A DNA stretch of 64,000 nucleotides from a virus. The position numbers were made by a program, and so were the translations under genes. Under the pieces are notes generated by a model that ran no database searches, was not told where the DNA came from, and saw only the letters and a program-made list of their open reading frames with translations. Positions 1-10,111 of this stretch are shown here, one piece after another. The DNA lies in IMG/VR virus record IMGVR_UViG_3300008450_000004, positions 32,001-96,000 of that record. One strand, given 5' to 3'. Each line of letters begins with the position of its first letter. Position 1 is the first letter of the stretch.

Positions 1-62
1 CACGAACAACATTACGGTTGTTAATAAAAAAATTTATTATATATTTAAGTAAATAAAAAGTT

Positions 63-368
63 ATGAACAAGATTAAAATAAAAAAATATATAGAGTATAT
101 CCAAAGTGATAATCCAATAACTTGGAAAGATATTAAAGATTTTCAGTTTGAGGATGATGATATAATAGGTATCGGATATGAGGAAGGACATTATAGTGAA
201 AGTAATTCGTGGGGTGGGTATTACTATTATTGCGTCGAACGAATGGTTGAAGAAACTGACGAAGAATATGAGGATAGAATGGAAAGAAAACGTTCTACCG
301 AATCAATATTAAAAAAGAATAGATACGAACAATATCTTAAACTAAAAAAAGAATTCGAAATCGAATAA
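63..368 (+). CDS. hypothetical phage protein
   Basis: 101-aa ORF on the coding strand; no motif recognised. Confidence 0.7.
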   Translation: MNKIKIKKYIEYIQSDNPITWKDIKDFQFEDDDIIGIGYEEGHYSESNSWGGYYYYCVERMVEETDEEYEDRMERKRSTESILKKNRYEQYLKLKKEFEIE

Positions 369-383
369 AATAAATAAAAAGTT

Positions 384-1217
384 ATGAGTAAAATAGACCC
401 AAATAAATTATTAATCTCCTCAGATTTTTACAGCATTCAAGGGGAGGGTATATCAACAGGAGTACCATCATATTTCGTAAGATTAGGAATATGTAATTTA
501 ACCTGCGGTATGTCTCGTAAGTTTGCAAATCAATTAGCAAAAGATAAATCATTAGAAGATGGAGAGATATTCAAAGGTGATTTAGAGCTAGAAGGTAAAG
601 CAACTTGGACTTGCGATTCAACATCACAATGGTTATGGAGAGGTGAAGATAAAGACTTCCAATACCTAATTGATAGATGGAAAGAGCAAGGTATCTATGA
701 AGATATATTAAATGGTACTATCCACATTATTTGGACTGGTGGTGAACCTACTATTAAACAACATCAGGAAGCTATTGCTAATTTCCATGAATATTGGAGT
801 GAGCAAGATGCACCTATATTTAATTCTTATAGTGAAATTGAAACAAATGGTACTATAGTAATTGAAGATGATTTGTTTAGTATTATTAATCAAATTAACT
901 GCTCACCAAAACTATCTAACTCAGGTATGACTGAGAAACAACGTATTAATCCAGATGCTATTAAACGTATTATGGAACATTCCAATTACCAATTTAAATT
1001 TGTTATTTCAACGGAAGAAGATGTACAGGAATTATTTAGAGACTTTATAGAACCCTTCAATATACCTCTTAAAAACGTAGTGTGTATGCCTGGTTTAGAT
1101 GATGCTGCTAACTTTGAAGAGCGTACTCAATTTGTATTGGAGATGGCTAAGAAATATAAGTTCCGTGGATTGACTCGTTTGCATATTGCAGCTTGGAATA
1201 AAACATTAAACGTATAA
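384..1217 (+). CDS. queE: 7-carboxy-7-deazaguanine synthase QueE-like radical SAM enzyme
   Basis: FYSIQGEG, FVRLGICNLTC...CDS (extended Cys spacing), TGGEP, IETNGT, CSPKL, KFV, RLHI; near folE. Confidence 0.85.
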   Translation: MSKIDPNKLLISSDFYSIQGEGISTGVPSYFVRLGICNLTCGMSRKFANQLAKDKSLEDGEIFKGDLELEGKATWTCDSTSQWLWRGEDKDFQYLIDRWKEQGIYEDILNGTIHIIWTGGEPTIKQHQEAIANFHEYWSEQDAPIFNSYSEIETNGTIVIEDDLFSIINQINCSPKLSNSGMTEKQRINPDAIKRIMEHSNYQFKFVISTEEDVQELFRDFIEPFNIPLKNVVCMPGLDDAANFEERTQFVLEMAKKYKFRGLTRLHIAAWNKTLNV

Positions 1218-1220
1218 GTT

Positions 1221-1358
1221 ATGAAAATAAAAATTAAGCATAACGATACTTTAATTGAGATTGAAGAAGAAGGTAATCGATTTGTCTATCCAAATAGCGA
1301 TGCTATTATGAGAATAATAAAAGAGACTATTGCCGAAATTATAAAACTAAAACAATAA
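1221..1358 (+). CDS. small hypothetical protein (45 aa)
   Basis: read by hand (MKIKIKHNDTLIEIEEE...); fills the gap between two genes. Confidence 0.55.
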   Translation: MKIKIKHNDTLIEIEEEGNRFVYPNSDAIMRIIKETIAEIIKLKQ

Positions 1359-1362
1359 AATA

Positions 1363-1821
1363 ATGCAAGAACTAAACAATTACTTAAATGTATTTCAAAT
1401 CATCATTGATGATTTAGTAGAATTATCACCATCAGCGAAAAATGTTAGATTAGGTGGTTCGTTAATCCTTAAATTACATGGATTAAATTTTTCAAGATCA
1501 ATAGGTGATCTAGATATTGTACTTACTAACCCAACAGAAAAACAAAAGGATTATTTAAAAGCTCTTCGATTTTTTGATTGCGAAAATGATGGAGCATATT
1601 TAAATGAAACAAACTATAAATTCAAAAAGAATGGATATATTTTGAATATATTAGTTGTTGATCCATATACATTACCTATCCCATCTACTTTCTATAGTCA
1701 CAATAATAAGTACTATGGTATTGTATCTATTAACGAAATTATAGATGCTAAAAAACGATATAAACGTACTAAAGATATTAGCGACTTTTTATTATTAAAA
1801 AATGAAAATTTTAACATGTAA
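1363..1821 (+). CDS. nucleotidyltransferase-like protein (Pol beta superfamily)
   Basis: LGGSL...RSIGDLDIV = GS..DxD signature; C-terminal K..R.KD..D. Confidence 0.55.
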   Translation: MQELNNYLNVFQIIIDDLVELSPSAKNVRLGGSLILKLHGLNFSRSIGDLDIVLTNPTEKQKDYLKALRFFDCENDGAYLNETNYKFKKNGYILNILVVDPYTLPIPSTFYSHNNKYYGIVSINEIIDAKKRYKRTKDISDFLLLKNENFNM

Positions 1822-2336
1822 TGAAAATATTATATAACCAAGTACAAATTCAAGCTGCTGTAAATAAAGTAGCAGCGGAGATCTATAGAAAACATTATAA
1901 CGATCCTAGCCCACCAGTAATGATCTGTGTGTTAAATGGAGCGTTTATGTTCTTTACTGACTTAGTAAAACATATAAACATAGATTGTGAAATAGATTTT
2001 ATTCAAGCTAAATCATACCAAGGCCAAGAACAATTTACAGTTAATATTACTAAAGATATCACTACTGATATTACAGGAAAAAATGTATATGTGATAGATG
2101 ATATTTTAGACTCAGGTAACACATTAACTAAATTAATAGATCACTTAGGAAAATACCATAAACCTCGTTCTATTACTCCTGTAGTACTATTCAAAAAACA
2201 CACAAGTCAGTGGCCTGTATTACATGGTATAGAATTAACGGATGAAGCTTGGCTATGTGGTTATGGATTAGATGGTGAAAAAGGACTTTATAGAAATCGT
2301 TCTGTAATATTTGGAAAGTCAGAAGAAATAGATTAA
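1821..2336 (+). CDS. hpt: hypoxanthine-guanine phosphoribosyltransferase
   Basis: CVLNGAFMFFTDL, PRPP-binding VIDDILDSGNTL, GYGLD. Confidence 0.9.
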   Translation: MKILYNQVQIQAAVNKVAAEIYRKHYNDPSPPVMICVLNGAFMFFTDLVKHINIDCEIDFIQAKSYQGQEQFTVNITKDITTDITGKNVYVIDDILDSGNTLTKLIDHLGKYHKPRSITPVVLFKKHTSQWPVLHGIELTDEAWLCGYGLDGEKGLYRNRSVIFGKSEEID

Positions 2337-2345
2337 ATTTAAAGT

Positions 2346-2981
2346 ATGGAAAAAATAAAAAAATCGAATGGTAATTTACCTCGTACATCTGAGGAAATTG
2401 AAAATATGATAACAGAAGCTACTATTCATTATGGTAAGTTCTTAGAAGCCTTAGGTTTTGATTATCAAGCTGATCCTCAAACAATTGATACTCCTAAAAG
2501 GGTCTCAAAAGCTTGGTTAAAAGACTTAATTATAGGGTCAGTATCTAACGAACCTAATATTACTACCTTTCCTAATGAAGATAACTATGATGGTTTAGTA
2601 GTACAAGGTGGTATTCCCGTTACATCAATGTGTGCTCACCATAATTTAGCATTTACAGGTTATGCTACAGTAGCATATTTACCTGGTAAACAAGTAGTAG
2701 GTTTAAGTAAATTAAATCGTATTGTAGAATGGTTTTCTCGTAGACCGCAAATGCAAGAATCATTAACTCAACAAATCCATGATTATATAGCAAACAAATT
2801 AGATTGTCATTCGGTAGCTGTAAGTATCGCTTGTAAACATACTTGTTGCTCACATAGAGGAATTAAACATCCATCTGTAATGACTACTAATAAGTTCTCA
2901 GGAGCCTTTATGGAAAAAGATAATTTAATTCGCGAAGAATTCCTCCACGCTATAGAAAAAAACGGAACTACATTAAAATAG
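2346..2981 (+). CDS. folE: GTP cyclohydrolase I
   Basis: DTPKRV, SMCAHH, GLSKLNRIV, RRPQMQE, HTCCSHRGI. Confidence 0.95.
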   Translation: MEKIKKSNGNLPRTSEEIENMITEATIHYGKFLEALGFDYQADPQTIDTPKRVSKAWLKDLIIGSVSNEPNITTFPNEDNYDGLVVQGGIPVTSMCAHHNLAFTGYATVAYLPGKQVVGLSKLNRIVEWFSRRPQMQESLTQQIHDYIANKLDCHSVAVSIACKHTCCSHRGIKHPSVMTTNKFSGAFMEKDNLIREEFLHAIEKNGTTLK

Positions 2982-2985
2982 TAAT

Positions 2986-3156
2986 ATGCAACCAAAAGAA
3001 TCAAAAACAAACAAACACTTTGTAACTAGTATAGCTAAATCTATAATAAGAATTATGGGTTACATTGCATTGATGCATGTTAATAATACATGGATTATAA
3101 CATCAGCAATAATATTAACAACAGCAGAAATATTAGGGATTATTGAAGAATTGTAA
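2986..3156 (+). CDS. small membrane protein (56 aa)
   Basis: read by hand (MQPKESKTNKHFVTSIAKSIIRI...AEILGIIEEL); hydrophobic. Confidence 0.6.
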   Translation: MQPKESKTNKHFVTSIAKSIIRIMGYIALMHVNNTWIITSAIILTTAEILGIIEEL

Positions 3157-3177
3157 AATAGTAAAATAAATAAAATT

Positions 3178-3681
3178 ATGCTTAATTCATCTCAAATTAT
3201 AGACGAAGGTCTATTAAAATTAGAACACACTAAAGGAAAGCCAAGTCAAGTTGGTTATGATCTTTCAATTAAATCAGTACAACAAGTAGTATCTAATACT
3301 AAAATGGGATTTATCTTAAAAGATAAAACTATATTAGCCCATTACGAACCTCTACAACCTACTAAGTTAGACGGTTATAATGGTTGGATATTATATCCAG
3401 GAGTATACGATATTACTTTTCATGAAGGATGCAAAATACCAGCAGATCGTACGGCTTTCATTAAACAACGCTCATCGTTGTATCGTAATGGTGCAATAAT
3501 TAACAGCCCAGTATTTGATCCGGGATTCGAAACACAACACATGGGTAGTTTAATGTATGTACATGAAACTGTATTTATTGAACAAGATGCGCGTGTAGCT
3601 CAAATATATTTCCACCCATCTACAACAACCGATAATTTATATAGCGGTCAATTTCAGTTTGACTCACAGCGTAGCCGCTAA
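3178..3681 (+). CDS. dCTP deaminase / trimeric dUTPase-fold enzyme
   Basis: GYDL, RSSLYRNG, FDPGF, ARVAQIYF, YSGQFQ. Confidence 0.8.
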   Translation: MLNSSQIIDEGLLKLEHTKGKPSQVGYDLSIKSVQQVVSNTKMGFILKDKTILAHYEPLQPTKLDGYNGWILYPGVYDITFHEGCKIPADRTAFIKQRSSLYRNGAIINSPVFDPGFETQHMGSLMYVHETVFIEQDARVAQIYFHPSTTTDNLYSGQFQFDSQRSR

Positions 3682-3706
3682 ATAAATAAATCAATAATAT
3701 TACTAC

Positions 3707-3734
3707 AAACCCCTCAATTGAGGGGTTTTATTTT
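3707..3734 (+). terminator. intrinsic terminator
   Basis: aaacccctc-aatt-gaggggttt followed by T-rich tract. Confidence 0.75.
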
Positions 3735-3736
3735 AC

Positions 3737-3745
3737 ATATTTATA
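3737..3745 (+). promoter_or_regulatory. ATATTTAT(A) putative phage late-type promoter (representative copy)
   Basis: same motif shortly upstream of start codons at 11707, 17680, 19888, 47966, 49826, 57944, 58530. Confidence 0.5.
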
Positions 3746-3763
3746 TGTAAATAATTATAAATA

Positions 3764-4639
3764 ATGGCATACCCTATAACACGACAGTTTGGTCCTAATG
3801 CAAAAGGTTCAGAATTAACATTCGCAGATATGGATAATAATTTATTATACCTAGATGCAAAAGCATCAGGTTCTAATAATTATATTGCTATGTTTAGCGG
3901 ATCTACACATCTTGTTACAAGTTCCCTAAATCAATTTGGTAATTATATTACAATTTCAGGATATGATTTAAAGATAGACAATGCTTCTCCTACAATATTT
4001 TTTTCTGATTCTTCTAATTCTTCTTTTATTAATATTAAGAGCGAAAGTGATTCCATTAATATAGTTAATAACAGTACTGGTTACACAGCAATGAGTATTA
4101 GTGCTAATGGAAATAATATTTACATTAATGATGATACTATAGTATCAGGTTCATTAACTGTAACAGGTTCATTATTACAATCAGGATCAACTACATTAAG
4201 GGGCAATAGTACAATAACAGGTTCATTAACTGTAACAGGTTCATTAAGAATAACAGGATCTATTACATCTACAGACTCATTAACTGTAACTGGATCCATT
4301 ACATCTACTGGTTTAATAGGATACGGAACAGGATCGACAGTAACTCAAACAACATCTACATCATCAGCCGTAAGTATAAATGCTGTTAGCGGAAGAATAA
4401 CTACATTGACAACTACATATGATGCAGGATCTATTTTTTATTTTACAGTAAATAATAACCAAGTTAATACAGATGATATAATAATATTAAATATTAAATC
4501 AGCTCCTAATAATGATTTTGAATGTAAAATATACTCAGTAAGTGGTAATCGATTTGATATTCGCGTAAAAAATGATGGTACTACTCAATCGGGAACTGTA
4601 GTTATTAGTTTTGCTGTTCTAAAAGGAGCTTCTTCTTAA
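3764..4639 (+). CDS. virion/tail-fibre-like protein with (I/V)TGSL repeats
   Basis: N-terminal KGSELTFADMDNN, repeated ITGSLTVTGS beta-repeats, S/T/G-rich. Confidence 0.6.
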   Translation: MAYPITRQFGPNAKGSELTFADMDNNLLYLDAKASGSNNYIAMFSGSTHLVTSSLNQFGNYITISGYDLKIDNASPTIFFSDSSNSSFINIKSESDSINIVNNSTGYTAMSISANGNNIYINDDTIVSGSLTVTGSLLQSGSTTLRGNSTITGSLTVTGSLRITGSITSTDSLTVTGSITSTGLIGYGTGSTVTQTTSTSSAVSINAVSGRITTLTTTYDAGSIFYFTVNNNQVNTDDIIILNIKSAPNNDFECKIYSVSGNRFDIRVKNDGTTQSGTVVISFAVLKGASS

Positions 4640-4705
4640 TATAATAAACAAAAATAAATGAAAGAGAGGTTTGGTTGTCCAAGCCTCTTTTTTTATCTTT
4701 ACAAA

Positions 4706-7288
4706 ATGTATCAATCCGCATATTACGATAGAACATCCTACACTTATTATTTAAAAGATGATGAGAGAGGATGGATAGATTTTAAATACACACCTGAACT
4801 TTATAAAATAGATCCTAGTGGTCCATTAGAAACATTAGATGGTAAAAGAGCATATGCTGTACAAAAATACGACTGGAAAGATACTTCACTATATGAAAAA
4901 GATGTAGATAAATTAACTCGAGTATTAATAGATCTATACAAAGATAGTGATGATGCTCCTAAATTCCATAATGTAGTTTATTTTGATATCGAGTGTGAAA
5001 TTGGAGGAGCACTAACACCAGAATACATCAAAACAGCTCCTAAAAAAATGACATCTGTATCAGTTTATGATCATACCACTAAACGTTACTATTGTTATAT
5101 ATTAGATGAAAAAAATCAACTAAAATTTACCGAAAACGAAAATAGAACCATAGTACCATTCACTACAGAAGCAGAAATGCTTCGTAAGTTTCTAGATTTA
5201 TGGGAGGAATTAGATCCTACTATCATCACAGGATGGAATAGTGGATCTTTTGATATTCCTTACATGTATTACAGAATATTAAATGTATTAGGTTACGATG
5301 AAGCCCAACGTTTATCTCCTCTACGTAAATTAAATTTTACTGAGTGGGATATTGCTCAACCAATAGAGCTAGGCGGTATTAATCATCTAGATTATATGTT
5401 ATTATTTAAAAAGTTCATTGTAAAACAAGAACCATCATATAAATTAGGTGATATAGGTACAAAATATGTTAAATTAGGTAAAGTTGAATATGAAGATAGT
5501 TTAGACCGTTTATTCCAGGATGATATTAATAAATTCATTGAGTATAACTTACGAGATGTTGAAATTATCATTGAATTAGAGAAAAAACTTAAATTTATTG
5601 ACTTAACAGTAGCTATCTGTCATTTATGCCATGTACCTTACGAGCAAATCTATTTATCAACAGTACTGAATGATGGAGCTATATTAACATATCTAAAACG
5701 ACAAGATATAGTTTCACCAAACAAACCAACTACAATAAATCCATCACTAAAAGATAGTACAGATGATGATTATGCAGGTGGTTATTTAAAGGATCCTATA
5801 CCAGGACTATATGAGTGGGTTATTGATCTCGATTTTACTTCGCTGTATCCGTCGATTATTCGTTCACTCAATATAGGTATTGAAACGCTCGTAGGACGCA
5901 TAGTAAACAACGATAAATACGATAATCAATGGACGTATGAAGAGTTGTTAAACATGAAACCTGATACTTTAGTCACTATTGAAAAATTAAAAGAAAATTT
6001 TACATTATCACGAGCACAAGTACCTGTAAGTAAAATTATTAAATTAATTGAAGATAATAAGTGGATAACAGCAGCTAGTGGAGCTATATTCAGAACAGAT
6101 AAATCATCAGTAGTATGTGAGGTATTAACAGACTGGTTTAATAAACGTAAACATTATAAAAAATTAATGTCTCAAGCATATAAAGCAGGAGATTCTAATT
6201 TAGGTGACCATTATCATCGATTACAACACGCTTATAAGATTAAATTGAATGACGTTTATGGTTGCTACGCTATTAATGGATGGCGCTATACAGATGGACA
6301 TAAGATGATTTCATCAGCAATCACACTAACTGGTCAACGACTTTTACAGGAAAGTATATCATATATGAATGAACATATAGATAAAATATTAAGTACAACC
6401 AATGTAGATAGGATTATAACTAGTGATACCGATTCTTTATTTATCCATGTAAAAGATATATTACTTGATAGAGGAGTAGATTTAACTAATAAAGAAGAAT
6501 GTATTAGAGTAACATTAGAAATTGCTACTGAATTACAAACTGCCGCTAATAATTTTATAGGTGAGTTTGCTATGAGATCATTTAATATACCTAATGATAG
6601 AACTCATTTCTTCGAATTAAAACAAGAAGTAGTAATCGAAAGAAGTTACCATTCAGGTAAACGTAGATATGCTATGTTAATTGTGAATAAGGAAGGAGTA
6701 CCTGTAGAGGAGTTAGTAATGATGGGATTAGATTTGATGAAGTCAAATATGCCACCACTATATAAAAAATTCGGACAAAATCTATTATCTGAAATAATGT
6801 CAGGTAAACCTAAAAATGAAATAGATACTAGTATAATAAACTTTAAATCATCTCTAAACAAACTACCTTGGTCAGATATTGCTAAACCAACAGGAGTAAA
6901 ACAAATTGGTTCATATATAGCTAAACGCCCTTCACCTGGAGAAATATTTAGTGAATTAAAATTAAAATGTCCTATTAATACTAAAGCGGCTGTATATTAT
7001 AATGACATTCTACGATTTAAACGATTAGATAAGCAATATTCTTGTTTTACTGAGGGTGATAAAATGAAATATGTTACTTTAAAACCTAATCCGTTTGAAA
7101 TAAATGTAATTGGATTTAATGGGAATGATCCTCAGTTCATCACGGATTTTATTGATAAATATGTTGATAGAGAAGATGCATTTAACTCAGTATTATTAAA
7201 TAAACTACAAGGTGTATATAATGATATAGGATGGGGTAGTGAATTCCCTGTATTAGATAAAATGATTTCAAAATTCTTTCGGTTTTAG
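4706..7288 (+). CDS. family B DNA polymerase (T4 gp43-like)
   Basis: Exo I FDIEC, Exo II GWNSGSFDIPY, Exo III YNLRD, Pol DLDFTSLYPSII, KIKLNDVYG, SDTDS; start moved to ATG 4706 after the promoter motif. Confidence 0.95.
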   Translation: MYQSAYYDRTSYTYYLKDDERGWIDFKYTPELYKIDPSGPLETLDGKRAYAVQKYDWKDTSLYEKDVDKLTRVLIDLYKDSDDAPKFHNVVYFDIECEIGGALTPEYIKTAPKKMTSVSVYDHTTKRYYCYILDEKNQLKFTENENRTIVPFTTEAEMLRKFLDLWEELDPTIITGWNSGSFDIPYMYYRILNVLGYDEAQRLSPLRKLNFTEWDIAQPIELGGINHLDYMLLFKKFIVKQEPSYKLGDIGTKYVKLGKVEYEDSLDRLFQDDINKFIEYNLRDVEIIIELEKKLKFIDLTVAICHLCHVPYEQIYLSTVLNDGAILTYLKRQDIVSPNKPTTINPSLKDSTDDDYAGGYLKDPIPGLYEWVIDLDFTSLYPSIIRSLNIGIETLVGRIVNNDKYDNQWTYEELLNMKPDTLVTIEKLKENFTLSRAQVPVSKIIKLIEDNKWITAASGAIFRTDKSSVVCEVLTDWFNKRKHYKKLMSQAYKAGDSNLGDHYHRLQHAYKIKLNDVYGCYAINGWRYTDGHKMISSAITLTGQRLLQESISYMNEHIDKILSTTNVDRIITSDTDSLFIHVKDILLDRGVDLTNKEECIRVTLEIATELQTAANNFIGEFAMRSFNIPNDRTHFFELKQEVVIERSYHSGKRRYAMLIVNKEGVPVEELVMMGLDLMKSNMPPLYKKFGQNLLSEIMSGKPKNEIDTSIINFKSSLNKLPWSDIAKPTGVKQIGSYIAKRPSPGEIFSELKLKCPINTKAAVYYNDILRFKRLDKQYSCFTEGDKMKYVTLKPNPFEINVIGFNGNDPQFITDFIDKYVDREDAFNSVLLNKLQGVYNDIGWGSEFPVLDKMISKFFRF

Positions 7289-7342
7289 TAACTACCTTAA
7301 AATCTATTTGGTAAATCAAAATAAAAATTATATATTTAAGTT

Positions 7343-8068
7343 ATGAAAAAGTTATATTTGTTAGATGTTATTGAAAAATACCATTTAGGTGGTTTAGTAG
7401 AACGTATTAAAATTTCTGTAAATAATAAAACATTAGAATCTAAATTTATCACTACTAATAAAAATTTAGTAGGAAACATAACTGCTCCTAATATTGAATT
7501 AAATGATTGTGAATTTGGTATTTATGATACTTCACAATTACTAAAATTAATAGGTATTACAGATGCTTTACTTAAGTTAAGTATTGAAAAACAAGGTAAA
7601 GTTTCTAACAAATTATTAATAGCAGATGCTGAATATAATTTAGAGTATGCTTTAGCGGATACAATGTTAACCCCTACGATTCCTACTTTTGATGAACCTC
7701 AATATGAGATGGAAGCGTTAATTAATAGAGAATTCATTGACAAGTTTGTTAAAGCTAAAAAAGCATTAACATCTGAAATATTTACTATATCTTCTGGTAC
7801 TGATTCATTATTGAATAATGCCTTACTGTTTAATTTAGGAGGTACAGAAGGATACACAAATAAAATTAATTTCCACATCCCGGCAGTTAAAACTACTGTT
7901 ATAGAAACACCAGTAAAATTTGCATTAGAAGAATTTAATGAGATTCTATTAGCTAATAAAGATTTAAAATCAGGAATATTATATGTTAGTGAGCAAGGAT
8001 TATTAAAAATAAATTTTGAAAATGAGGAAGGTGTAAAAGTTAGTTACGTCTTAGTAGGAAAAGAATAA
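7343..8068 (+). CDS. putative sliding clamp (gp45/PCNA-like)
   Basis: size, position after PolB, EFGIYDTSQLL motif like gp45 FGIYDL. Confidence 0.65.
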   Translation: MKKLYLLDVIEKYHLGGLVERIKISVNNKTLESKFITTNKNLVGNITAPNIELNDCEFGIYDTSQLLKLIGITDALLKLSIEKQGKVSNKLLIADAEYNLEYALADTMLTPTIPTFDEPQYEMEALINREFIDKFVKAKKALTSEIFTISSGTDSLLNNALLFNLGGTEGYTNKINFHIPAVKTTVIETPVKFALEEFNEILLANKDLKSGILYVSEQGLLKINFENEEGVKVSYVLVGKE

Positions 8069-8099
8069 AAATTATATATTTATATACAAACACAAAGTT

Positions 8100-8504
8100 A
8101 TGAAAATTAAACCGTTACACAATCACGTTGTTATCAAACAACAAGACGAAACAGAAACAATGTATGGAAATATTATTGTTCCAGATGCTGGTAAAGAAAA
8201 AGCATTAATGGGTGAGGTAGTGGCTGTAGGCCCTGGTCTTATAAACATGAATGGAGTATTAATTCCTAACACAGTAGAAGTAGGACAAAAAGTATCATTC
8301 CCTGCATTTGGTGGACAAAAATTATCTATCCAAGGTGAAGATTTCCTTATTTATAAAGAGCAAGACATCTTTGCTGTTTTAGAAGGAAACTATTTACCAT
8401 ACAGACTTTCTCCAGAAACAATTGAGGAATTAGTTGGATTAAAAGAAACTGTTACTATCCCTAAAAACGAATATAATAAACTTACAAACAACAAATATGA
8501 GTAA
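8100..8504 (+). CDS. groES: co-chaperonin GroES with C-terminal extension
   Basis: MKIKPLHNHVVI, GNIIVPDAGKEK, GEVVAVGPG, EQDIFAVL. Confidence 0.9.
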   Translation: MKIKPLHNHVVIKQQDETETMYGNIIVPDAGKEKALMGEVVAVGPGLINMNGVLIPNTVEVGQKVSFPAFGGQKLSIQGEDFLIYKEQDIFAVLEGNYLPYRLSPETIEELVGLKETVTIPKNEYNKLTNNKYE

Positions 8505-10110
8505 AATAATCAGTTTTGATCGCGAAGCTAAAGAAAAGCTAAAGGCAGGTATTGACAAGGTCAATAAAGCTGTATCAGTAACAATGGGACCTTTTGGTCG
8601 TAATGTTTTAATTGAAAAAGAATATGGACAGGTATCATCTACTAAGGACGGTGTTACTGTAGCTAAAACAATCACATTGGAAGATCCAATTGAAAATATG
8701 GCAGCAACCGTTATTAAACAGGCTGCCCAAAAAACAGTTGATGCTGCTGGTGATGGTACTACGACTTCTACCGTTTTAGCGCATAATATTGCGACTCAAG
8801 CCTTAGAGGCAACGACTTACGCATCTACAAATGCTACGCAAATTAAACGCGGAATAGAGCAAGCTGTTAAAGAAGTAGTATCGGAATTAAAGAAAATATC
8901 AACCGATATTGTAGATGAAACACAAATTAAACAAATTGCTACATTATCAGCTAATGGTGATGAAGAAATAGGTAATTTAGTTGCTACCGCTTTAGAAAAA
9001 GTAGGCAGAGATGGTGTAGTAACAGTAGAAGAATCACGCTCAGGTGAAACATCACTTGAAGTAGTAGAAGGTTTACAATTTGATCGTGGTTACAAATCAC
9101 CATTCTTTGTTACTGATAATAATACAATGAATTCAGTATTAAATGATGCCCTATTATTAATAATCGATGGTAAAATTAATCAAGTTAAAGATTTATTACC
9201 TATTTTAGAATCAGTATCTCAACAACAAAAATCATTAATAATAATTGCTGAAGATTTCGGTGATGAGGTATTATCAACTTTAGTTGTAAATAAAATGAGA
9301 GGTATTTTAAAAGTAGTTGCGGTTAAGGCTCCTGATTTTGGAGACCGTAGAACTTTAATTTTAGAAGATATTGCTACTTTAACAGGAGGTAGTGTTGTAT
9401 CTCAGATTAAAGGTATGAAATTAGACAAATTTAATAAGGATTGGTTTGGTACTGCTCGTACAATAACTGTAGGAAAAGATACAACTACTATTGTTGATGG
9501 TAAAGGAGATGCTGATAAAATTGAGACTCGTATTTTAGAATTAAAAGCTCAAATTGATAAATCAAGTTCACCTTATGAAATTGAAAAATTACAAGAACGT
9601 TTATCTAAAATGGTAGGTGGTGTAGCAATTATAAACGTAGGTGGTGGAACTGAAATCGAAATGAAAGAGAAGAAAGATCGTTTAGATGATGCTTTACAAG
9701 CTACTAAAGCTGCTCTTGAAGAAGGTATCTTACCTGGTGCTGGTGTTGCTTTATTGCATGCTAGAAATGCTATTAATTTAGATGGAAAAGACGATAAAGC
9801 AAAAGGCGCACAAATTGTGTATAATGCATGTGCTGCTCCTTCTAAACAAATTTTAGCTAATGCCGGTGAAGATACTAACCAATGGTGGTTAAAATTATAT
9901 AACCAAGAACCATCGATGGTACCTGATTTAGTAAATAATACTACTGTTAATGCTTATGAATCAGGTATTATCGACCCAACTAAAGTAGTACGCTCAGCTA
10001 TTCAAAATGCAGCGGCCGCAGCAGTAACATTACTTATGACCGAATGTGTAATACACGACAAACCATCTGATAAAAAGGATAATAATCCTATGATGGATTT
10101 AGGAATGTAA
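8497..10110 (+). CDS. groEL: chaperonin GroEL
   Basis: TMGPFGRNV, TKDGVTVAK, AGDGTTT, EGLQFDRGY, KAPDFGDRR, GIIDPTKV. Confidence 0.97.
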   Translation: MSKIISFDREAKEKLKAGIDKVNKAVSVTMGPFGRNVLIEKEYGQVSSTKDGVTVAKTITLEDPIENMAATVIKQAAQKTVDAAGDGTTTSTVLAHNIATQALEATTYASTNATQIKRGIEQAVKEVVSELKKISTDIVDETQIKQIATLSANGDEEIGNLVATALEKVGRDGVVTVEESRSGETSLEVVEGLQFDRGYKSPFFVTDNNTMNSVLNDALLLIIDGKINQVKDLLPILESVSQQQKSLIIIAEDFGDEVLSTLVVNKMRGILKVVAVKAPDFGDRRTLILEDIATLTGGSVVSQIKGMKLDKFNKDWFGTARTITVGKDTTTIVDGKGDADKIETRILELKAQIDKSSSPYEIEKLQERLSKMVGGVAIINVGGGTEIEMKEKKDRLDDALQATKAALEEGILPGAGVALLHARNAINLDGKDDKAKGAQIVYNACAAPSKQILANAGEDTNQWWLKLYNQEPSMVPDLVNNTTVNAYESGIIDPTKVVRSAIQNAAAAAVTLLMTECVIHDKPSDKKDNNPMMDLGM

Positions 10111-10111
10111 T

